From an uncultured Bacteroidota bacterium (GTDB taxonomy: Bacteria > Bacteroidota > Bacteroidia > JABEUT01): a stretch of DNA of 64,000 nucleotides. The stretch lies in contig CAVYDB010000047.1 in the NCBI GenBank assembly GCA_963767125.1, positions 2,585 through 66,584 on the forward strand. The letters are read 5' to 3'. Shown here in pieces: positions 56,806-64,000 of this stretch (position 1 is the stretch's first letter; every line of letters begins with the position of its first letter). The translations under genes and the position numbers were made by a program. The notes below the pieces were generated by a model. The model was not told where the DNA came from, did not search any database, and saw only the letters and a program-made list of their open reading frames with translations.

Positions 56806-58977
56806 ATGAAAAAGAATTTTATTCTCTTATTTGTATTGGTTTGTTTAGGAAGTATAGAAACTACGGCACAATATAGATATACCGTTCTGCATTATTTCAA
56901 TGATTCTGCAGGAGGCAACCCTAAAGGTGCATTAACTCTATCTAATGGAGTTTTATATGGAATGACAAGAGCCGGCGGTGCAAATCATGACGGAATAATA
57001 TTCTCTATGGATACTGCCGGTACCATCTATACCGACTTGATGGATTTCAATGGAATAAATGGCTCAAGTGCGGAAGGCTCATTAACTTTCTCCCGGAGCA
57101 CCATGTTTGGAATGACCTCTCTGGGAGGAGCCAGTGGTAAAGGTTGTATTTTCAAAATATTAACCAATGGCAGCGGATATGCTGACTTGCTTGATTTTGA
57201 TTCTGCCAATGGCGCTAACCCACAGGATAATGTTACCTTATCAGGTAATAAAATGTATGGAATGACTTTAAATGGAGGGGCACATAACTGCGGGCTTATT
57301 TTTTCGATTGATACCAATGGGGCTAATTATGTTGACCTGCTTGATTTCGACACAGCCAACGGAGCATACCCCTATGGTTCTCTAACCCTTGCAGGTAATG
57401 TATTATATGGTACGGCATCCTTAGGAGGAGACTCTGTTAACGGTTGCGTATTTTCAGTTCATATTGATGGTTCAAACTATAAAATTATGCATAGTTTTAG
57501 TGGAATACGGGGCAGCAGACCTTACGACCCTGTGGGCTCTTTACTGCTTGCCAAAAATATGTTATATGGCATGACCAGGCGAAATTATGCCCTTAATCCC
57601 TGGGGTAACAATGGTGCCATTTTTAAAATAGATACCAATGGAAATACATTTACTGAAATGGCAGATCCAAATGCACTGCCGCAGGGTTCATTCATACTGA
57701 AAGATAGCGTACTTTACAGCATGACACCAACGAATGCCGGGAGTAACTTATATCCGCACTTTGAGGCGGGAGATGTTTTCTCAATAGATACTGGTGGAGG
57801 TGGTTACGAGAGCATTCATGGTTTTATAAGACATGGATACCTGGGCGATGGAGGATGCAAGTCGCTGACACTGGCAACGAATGGATTTTATGGTATGACT
57901 ATGAATGGCGCTGACAGTACCAGTAGAATTTACACTGGTAGCGGAGTCATTTTTAAATTGGTAGATACCGGTGTTTATTATCCACAGGTAACTATGAGCA
58001 TCCACAATGTTTCATGCAACGGAGGCAGTAATGGAACAGCAATTGCCAGTGTAAGCGGTGGATTTTCTCCTTATACTTACTTCTGGCAGCCAAGTGGAAA
58101 TTCTACCGATAGTATAGGCGGGCTGAGTGCCGGAACTTATACTCTTTCTGTAACTGGAAATAATGATTCAACTACCAATGTTTATGTTACCATAACACAA
58201 CCGGCAATATTGAATCCACTAGGCTATATTATTGCCAATGTATCTTGCAATGGTGGAAATAATGGTATTGATTCTGTTTCAGGGAATGGCGGTGCATCTC
58301 CCTTTACCTATCTCTGGAACGATGCCAATAGCCAAACTACAGCCACGGCTATCGGGCTAAGTGCAGGAACTTATACAGTTAGTGTTTCTGATTCTTGCGG
58401 TAATTCTGCCACAACATCTGTTATAATAACACAACCAATAGCCCTGACTATGATGGCAGATTCATCTGACGCCACATCCGGAAATTGTGATGGTTCCGCA
58501 TGGGTTATAGTCAATGGAGGCACAACCCCCTATACCTATTCATGGACGGGAGGACTTACTACCGATACCATATTAAACCAGTGTACCGGAGATTATTGCT
58601 GCACAATTGCTGACGTTAACGGATGCATAGATAGTATTTGTGTAAATATTGATGTTTCGACCGGAACCAATCAGTTAGAAGGGGAAAGTGAAAAGGTAAA
58701 AGTTTATCCAAACCCGAATGATGGTCTTTTTACAATTACGCTCGGTCATGCCGAACTTGCCCGCCCGGATGAATCGGTCGGACGGGTTTCGGCATCCCAA
58801 CCTATTGTAAGGATATTTAATGTATTGGGGCAGCAGGTATATTTTGCGACCCTGAAACAAGTTCTGGGTGACAATTTCATTGATATTTCGTCTCAGCCTG
58901 ACGGGGTTTATTTTTATAGAGTATTAAGTGAAACTGGAGGATTAATAGGAGAAGGAAAGCTGGTGATAGTGAAATAA
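56806..58977 (+). CDS. T9SS-secreted protein with tandem G..P.G.L...LYGMT..GG beta-propeller repeats (TIGR03803/GloVer-like) and SprB-like repeats (start moved from 56725)
   Basis: Signal MKKNFILLF preceded by TAATTTTG (56781-56788); VSCNGG..G...GG..PYTY.W repeats; VYPNPN...GVYFYRV...GKLVIVK. Confidence 0.85.
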   Translation: MKKNFILLFVLVCLGSIETTAQYRYTVLHYFNDSAGGNPKGALTLSNGVLYGMTRAGGANHDGIIFSMDTAGTIYTDLMDFNGINGSSAEGSLTFSRSTMFGMTSLGGASGKGCIFKILTNGSGYADLLDFDSANGANPQDNVTLSGNKMYGMTLNGGAHNCGLIFSIDTNGANYVDLLDFDTANGAYPYGSLTLAGNVLYGTASLGGDSVNGCVFSVHIDGSNYKIMHSFSGIRGSRPYDPVGSLLLAKNMLYGMTRRNYALNPWGNNGAIFKIDTNGNTFTEMADPNALPQGSFILKDSVLYSMTPTNAGSNLYPHFEAGDVFSIDTGGGGYESIHGFIRHGYLGDGGCKSLTLATNGFYGMTMNGADSTSRIYTGSGVIFKLVDTGVYYPQVTMSIHNVSCNGGSNGTAIASVSGGFSPYTYFWQPSGNSTDSIGGLSAGTYTLSVTGNNDSTTNVYVTITQPAILNPLGYIIANVSCNGGNNGIDSVSGNGGASPFTYLWNDANSQTTATAIGLSAGTYTVSVSDSCGNSATTSVIITQPIALTMMADSSDATSGNCDGSAWVIVNGGTTPYTYSWTGGLTTDTILNQCTGDYCCTIADVNGCIDSICVNIDVSTGTNQLEGESEKVKVYPNPNDGLFTITLGHAELARPDESVGRVSASQPIVRIFNVLGQQVYFATLKQVLGDNFIDISSQPDGVYFYRVLSETGGLIGEGKLVIVK
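58745..58796 (+). repeat. REP-like palindrome GTCATGCCGAACTTG|TTTCGGCATC carrying a 27-nt hairpin insert (58760-58786), translated in frame
   Basis: Insert is 24/27 identical to the tRNA T-loop insert. Confidence 0.8.
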
Positions 58978-59101
58978 ATATCGATAGCATTCTCTTTGGC
59001 GTTGGTAAGAAAAACCTACGGGTTATTAAACCACGAAGTGCAACTTAACAGGGGCGGAGTAAATCTGATAAAAGATTCAACTTTGAATAAAACAAGAATG
59101 T

Positions 59102-60190
59102 CTAATCTTTTATAAACTTTTTTATTATTTGAGAGTTTTGCGTTTTTATTTCAATGAAATACATCCCTTTAGCCAGTGATGATATATCAATATCCCTTGG
59201 TTGTTGAGTGGCTTTAAAAAATTGTGTATAAATTTCTCTTCCGGTAATGTCTGAGATAGTTAGGCAAAAGGAATTGGTAAGAGGATTTATTAATTGTATA
59301 GAAAGGTTGGAGGTAGCGGGGTTAGGGTGTATCTCCATTCCCAATTGATTTGTTATGCTTCTAACTCCTGTAATACATGAGCTATAAACTGTAAATGTCC
59401 CTGTACTTTCACAAGACGTTGATCCAGATTCAATAATACACGAATAGGTAGTAGTAGTGGAAGGTGATACAATAATTTCGTTTGTTGTACTACCATTGTT
59501 CCAACTATAGGTGGTGTTAGCTCCGGAATTTGAAGCTCCTCCTGAGGCAATAAGTGTATCCGATTCACCGGGGCAAATACTATCCTTACCATGAATAGTT
59601 GCGATAATATTACCTACTGTTATGGTGTCTGTTGCGGTTGAAATGCAACCTGAGGCGCTTGTGGCGGTTACGGTGTACACTGTAGTTACGGCAGGAAATG
59701 CAATAGGATTGGAGCAGTGGGTGCATGACAATCCTGTTGGAGGAGACCAGGAAAAAGTTGGATTTCCACTTGCAGTTACGGTAAAATAAACAGTATCAAA
59801 AGAGTTTCCTCCCGATGTATCACATATACCACCTGACGGAGGAAATATTTTAATAACTGGTAAGGAATCAACAGTTAACGTATTTGATACACTATCCATG
59901 CCGGAACCATTACTTACAATTAAACTTATGCTATATTCCCCCGGATTGCAATAAGTAACAGCCGGGGGATAGCCCGGGGCTATTGAAGTAGTATAGGTTG
60001 CAGGCACTCCTCCGGGGAAATACCATTTCCATAGGGTTACGCCATTGGTTGTCGAATCAACAAAATTAACCGGTGTACATGTACATACCGGATTTGGTAC
60101 AGCCGTAAAAGTTGCGGTAGGCAGTTGTCCTTTTGTACAAATTGAAATAAGCAGCAATAACCCTGAAATTGTTACAGTAATGTTTTTCAT
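59102..60190 (-). CDS. PKD/Ig-like domain protein with T9SS type A sorting domain
   Basis: WKWYFPGG.P, TTVYTVTA repeats; IHPNPA...LAKGMYFI...KKFIKD. Confidence 0.85.
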   Translation of the reverse strand: MKNITVTISGLLLLISICTKGQLPTATFTAVPNPVCTCTPVNFVDSTTNGVTLWKWYFPGGVPATYTTSIAPGYPPAVTYCNPGEYSISLIVSNGSGMDSVSNTLTVDSLPVIKIFPPSGGICDTSGGNSFDTVYFTVTASGNPTFSWSPPTGLSCTHCSNPIAFPAVTTVYTVTATSASGCISTATDTITVGNIIATIHGKDSICPGESDTLIASGGASNSGANTTYSWNNGSTTNEIIVSPSTTTTYSCIIESGSTSCESTGTFTVYSSCITGVRSITNQLGMEIHPNPATSNLSIQLINPLTNSFCLTISDITGREIYTQFFKATQQPRDIDISSLAKGMYFIEIKTQNSQIIKKFIKD

Positions 60191-60268
60191 TTTAATAAAA
60201 TTGATAGGATTCGTTTTGAGGATATAACGAAGCTGAAAATTAATACGTTGGGTGTAATTTAAAAAGAA

Positions 60269-61444
60269 TCAGTCTTTCCCCATAGGAATAGACCTCTTAG
60301 GTTTTACTGAAGAAGCCCTCACTATAGCTCTTTCTCCATATCGTTTACGTATTCTGTCCATAGCCTGGTAAAGGTTGAGCATTTCTTCAGTGTCGTCAAA
60401 TAAGTCTATTTGGTTAAGCCCTGAAACAAGGTCGCTGAAACGCACACCAATCAGACGGATAAGTGGTTTTCCTGCATAATTCTTTCTAAATAATTCCATA
60501 ACTTTTCTAAGGAAAATATGGTCAGCGGCGGTATAGGGTATATGGGTTTGGAAGGTATGGGTGTCAAAGTCAGAGTAGCGGAGTTTAAGGGTAACACAAG
60601 CTGATACTTTTTTCATTTTACGGAGAGTGAAGGCTAATTCATCCACCATGCCTGTTAATACATTTTTCAGTTTTTCTGTATTATCCGTATCCTTATTAAA
60701 CGTAGTTTCCACGCTTATGCTCTTTTGTTCGTGAAACGGTATAACAAGAGAGTTATTAATGCCATTAGCCTTTCTCCAGATAGACTCCCCGTTTTCGCCA
60801 AGGATACCACGCATAGCCTCCTTCGTCATCTTTTGTATAGCTTCAATTTTTTCTATACCCATGTTACTCAATACCACATAAGTCTTGGCTCCCAGTCCGG
60901 GTATTTTGCGAATAGAAAGAGGAGCTAAAAAAACTTTTTCAGTTCCGGGTTCAATGTATTTCTCCCCGTTAGGCTTGGCTTCATTGGTAGCCATTTTAGA
61001 AACTGTTTTATTTACTGACAAGCCAAATGAAATGGGTAAACCAGTTTCTTTTATAATAGTTTGACGTAATTCTTGCGTCCATAACAAGGTATTTTTGATA
61101 AACCTGTCCATGCCTGTTACATCAATATAATGCTCGTCAATAGAGGCTTTCTCCACCACCGGGGCACGGTCTTCAATAATGCGGGTTACCATGCGGGAGT
61201 ATTCGGAATAGGAGTCCATATCGCCTTTAATAAATATTGCCTGTGGGCAAAGCCTCGCGGCTTGCTTACCCGGCATTGCAGAATGCACTCCAAATTTCCT
61301 AGCTTCATAACTACACGAAGCCACCACGCCCCTGTCTGATGAGCCACCAATAATGACAGGCTTTCCCAATAAGGATTTATCTTTCAGGCATTCTACCGAA
61401 ACAAAAAAGGAATCTAAATCAAAGTGGGCTATGCGGCGGTCCAA
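60269..61444 (-). CDS. dinB: DNA polymerase IV (Y family)
   Basis: HFDLDSFFVSVE, ASCSYEARKFGVHSAM, ASIDEHY, PNG, IPGLG. Confidence 0.95.
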   Translation of the reverse strand: MDRRIAHFDLDSFFVSVECLKDKSLLGKPVIIGGSSDRGVVASCSYEARKFGVHSAMPGKQAARLCPQAIFIKGDMDSYSEYSRMVTRIIEDRAPVVEKASIDEHYIDVTGMDRFIKNTLLWTQELRQTIIKETGLPISFGLSVNKTVSKMATNEAKPNGEKYIEPGTEKVFLAPLSIRKIPGLGAKTYVVLSNMGIEKIEAIQKMTKEAMRGILGENGESIWRKANGINNSLVIPFHEQKSISVETTFNKDTDNTEKLKNVLTGMVDELAFTLRKMKKVSACVTLKLRYSDFDTHTFQTHIPYTAADHIFLRKVMELFRKNYAGKPLIRLIGVRFSDLVSGLNQIDLFDDTEEMLNLYQAMDRIRKRYGERAIVRASSVKPKRSIPMGKD

Positions 61445-61445
61445 G

Positions 61446-61527
61446 AATAGTTATAAGTTATGAGTTATATGTAATGTTTTCACGATGCAATTTACTCATA
61501 ATTTATAACTCATAACTTATAACTATT
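61446..61527. repeat. 24-bp perfect inverted repeat built from 7-mer units, 34-bp spacer
   Basis: AATAGTTATAAGTTATGAGTTATA (61446-61469) and TATAACTCATAACTTATAACTATT (61504-61527). Confidence 0.8.
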
Positions 61528-61529
61528 TG

Positions 61530-62759
61530 TTAGTCTATGGCCAGCACATTTTTCCTGAAAAAGCGGAAGGCAAGCAGGGTAAGGGCTACACCGATGCCAC
61601 ACAATATACCTACTTTGGTAAGGAATATGACTCCAATAGGGAGGTCTCTCCAAAGTATGTCATAAAATCCCTGTATAGACCAATAGTTTATGGAGATAAC
61701 ACTGATATTTTGCATCCATTGAGGCATCAGGAAAGACGGAACCATACTACCGCCAATTACTGACATAGAGAGAATAATCAGCGTACTCATACCTTGTAAC
61801 TGGGATCTCGTTTTTGCCAGTGTTGCGAGAAACACTCCAAACCCGGAACAGGCGATGGCAGTGGATAGTATCATCATAGCAAGAGGAACAATTTTATCGG
61901 TAATATGTAAATGAAATATTACGGAAGCAAAAACGAACATAAAAGTAAGTTGGAAAGTAGCGACAATAATGGCGCCTGCCATTTTACCCAATAAAATTTG
62001 TGCCGGATGAATAGGAGAATATAAAAGCCTTTTTAAAGTGCCTTGTTCTTTTTCATCCAACAATCCTCCGCCCATACCCGAAAGTGAGAAGAGAAGCATC
62101 ATTACGGCAGTACCGGCTACAGCCTGCACCAGTCCTACATTACCAACCTTCGCGCTTATTACCGAAGTGGTATTCAGTTTCATAACGCTTTGTACGGAAT
62201 TATTCCCTCCCGAATTATCTGATTCAAAATTTTTAGTGACCTGTGTAAATACCCTCGCCCTTGTAGTGCTATCCATGAATGGGAATTGAGCCGAAATATT
62301 TCTTTCAATCGAGTTTTTGGTCATTATTTTACCCACACTTCCATATAGCGCCCTTGATAGAAGAGATTGGAGTATCCCGGTCTCTTGAGCACGGGCTGCA
62401 TCATATTGCAATTCCCAGGGTAAATGTTTAAAGGCTTTTACCGAATCGGCAAAGCCTTTTCTGAAAATAAGCACTGCTGTTCTTTTTCCCCGCTTTATTA
62501 AATCTATTGCACTATCATAGTTACTTGGAATAATATAAAGCATGGTAACGGAATCAAGGTCTTTAATGGTTTTTATGGTGAGGTCTGTCTTATCCTGGTC
62601 GCAAACCAACAGAGGAATATCCCGTATGCCATTGCCATTGTCTCCTCCAAAAGCAAGGGCAAATACAGTAATGAGTATAGTAGGCAGAAGAAAAGTAAGC
62701 ATCACTGCTCTTTTATCTTTTAAAAATGCCTTGAGTTCCTTGCTTAATATTTTTAACAT
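61530..62759 (-). CDS. ABC-2 type exporter permease
   Basis: KELKAFLKDK, EKEQGTLKRLL.SP, GGSMVP; six TM helices. Confidence 0.9.
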   Translation of the reverse strand: MLKILSKELKAFLKDKRAVMLTFLLPTILITVFALAFGGDNGNGIRDIPLLVCDQDKTDLTIKTIKDLDSVTMLYIIPSNYDSAIDLIKRGKRTAVLIFRKGFADSVKAFKHLPWELQYDAARAQETGILQSLLSRALYGSVGKIMTKNSIERNISAQFPFMDSTTRARVFTQVTKNFESDNSGGNNSVQSVMKLNTTSVISAKVGNVGLVQAVAGTAVMMLLFSLSGMGGGLLDEKEQGTLKRLLYSPIHPAQILLGKMAGAIIVATFQLTFMFVFASVIFHLHITDKIVPLAMMILSTAIACSGFGVFLATLAKTRSQLQGMSTLIILSMSVIGGSMVPSFLMPQWMQNISVISINYWSIQGFYDILWRDLPIGVIFLTKVGILCGIGVALTLLAFRFFRKNVLAID

Positions 62760-62805
62760 GAAATAGTTATATTTTTTAAATCTTGATTCTCAATTCTTGA
62801 ATTGC

Positions 62806-63726
62806 TTAGTCTCTTAGTTGTTTTCCGGTCAGTTTAAGAAATACGTTTTCCAGGTTAGCTTTTTGAATATCTATGTGATGAATTTCATACCCGGCATCAG
62901 AACAGCCAATAACGCAGCGGGTAAGGTCTTTTTTAGAATCATCAGTCTCTATATAAACCGTATGGTCAGTAACTTTTACATTCAAGTTTAATTTCTTCGA
63001 CAAAAATGATTCATCCGGTGTTTGGCTGCACTCCACCACTATCACATCTTTTATTTCACTCTTTTGTTTCAATTCATCTAAGGTACCTTGTGCTACAATT
63101 ACCCCACTATCAATAATGCCGATCCGGTCGCAAAGCCTTTCAGCTTCTTCCATATAATGGGTGGTATAAATGATGGTCATCCCCTCTTTATTGAGCTGTT
63201 CAATCAATTCAAAAATCATATTGCGGCTTTGGGGGTCAACGCCAACAGTGGGTTCATCAAGCAATAATATTTTGGGAGAATGGAGCAAAGAACAAGCAAG
63301 GTTAATGCGGCGTTTCATCCCGCCTGAATAGCTCTTTTACTTTTTCATCTTTCCGGTCTGAAAGCCCAACGAATTTTAAAAGTTCTTCTGCTTTTTTATG
63401 CAAGTCAGTTGTTGTGATGGAATGCAAGCCTCCCCAAAACATCATATTTTCCCATGCGGTAAAATTTGCATAAAGGCTATTTCCTGCGGAACTACACCCA
63501 ATATTTTTTTTACTTCTTCCGATGATTTTTTAATATCCAGCCCGTTAATGGTTATTTCCCCTGAATCAGGAGGAAACAAAGTGCTTAAAATATTTATGGT
63601 GGTGCTTTTCCCGGCTCCGTTTGGACCCAATAGTCCATAGCATTCTCCATCTTTAATCGAAAAACTAATGCCTTTCACGGCATGGGTGTTCCCATAGCTT
63701 TTGCGTATATCATTTACTTCTATCAT
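62806..63726 (-). CDS. ABC-2 exporter ATP-binding subunit (split by indels near 63320-63480)
   Basis: GPNGAGKST in ORF 63442-63735; YSGGMKRRINL, LLDEPTVGVDPQSR and THYMEEAE in ORF 62806-63318. Confidence 0.85.
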
Positions 63727-64000
63727 ATATATCAAAAATTACATTTTCCTCATTAATAGTAGTATCGCCTTTTATGCGAAGAAATACATTAGTTAGTGTG
63801 ATAACATCATTGCAGCAATATCGCACTATTTTTTCTAATTCCTTTTTTTCCCAATAGTATGTGCCTACCATGCTGCCATCCATATCCTGCTTAGGGCTTG
63901 GAAGACCCAAGATATATGCCATCAGGTTAAGGGATGTAAAGGCTTTATAATCTCCAAACTTCCATAATTCTAACGTATCAATTAAATTAACCTCCCAGGG
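63710..64000 (-). CDS. PolB-type 3'-5' exonuclease domain protein, C-terminal part
   Basis: PWEVNLIDTLELWKFGDYK...SPKQDMDGS...RYCCNDV, read from the window edge. Confidence 0.8.
   Translation of the reverse strand, partial: PWEVNLIDTLELWKFGDYKAFTSLNLMAYILGLPSPKQDMDGSMVGTYYWEKKELEKIVRYCCNDVITLTNVFLRIKGDTTINEENVIFDIYDRSK

Noticed and set aside
62806-63735. Programmed frameshift or two-gene split of the ABC ATPase
   Set aside because: Several indels within about 150 bp near the window end, with no slippery-site pattern

Overview
AT-rich chromosomal segment of a Bacteroidota bacterium. The assignment rests on TAnnTTTG -7 promoter motifs, several T9SS C-terminal sorting domains and a Bacteroidetes-type Rho N-terminus. 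Housekeeping genes (rho, tsaB, lptB, rfbA, carA, phoH, dinB, a UvrD-nuclease fusion) are interspersed with nine GT-C-type membrane glycosyltransferases, three of them TMTC-like with TPRs, and five T9SS cargo genes. The most unusual region is 15180-16715 (minus strand). It holds five 133-bp tandem units, each carrying the 5' half of tRNA-Arg, then one intact tRNA-Arg(CCG), then two near-identical small GIY-YIG genes each followed by a tRNA pseudo-copy. All defective tRNA copies carry a 29-nt GC-rich hairpin inserted between D-loop G18/G19, and the two full-length pseudo-copies carry a second 27-nt hairpin after T-loop C56, so both elbow residues are hit. The same hairpin family occurs nested three-deep at 40479-40564 and in frame inside a T9SS protein at 58760-58786. 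A 442-bp TIR-bounded IS remnant containing a candidate structured RNA lies at 46378-46819. Indels in essential genes at both window ends indicate locally imperfect sequence. No database search or folding program was run; family calls come from motif recognition by eye.
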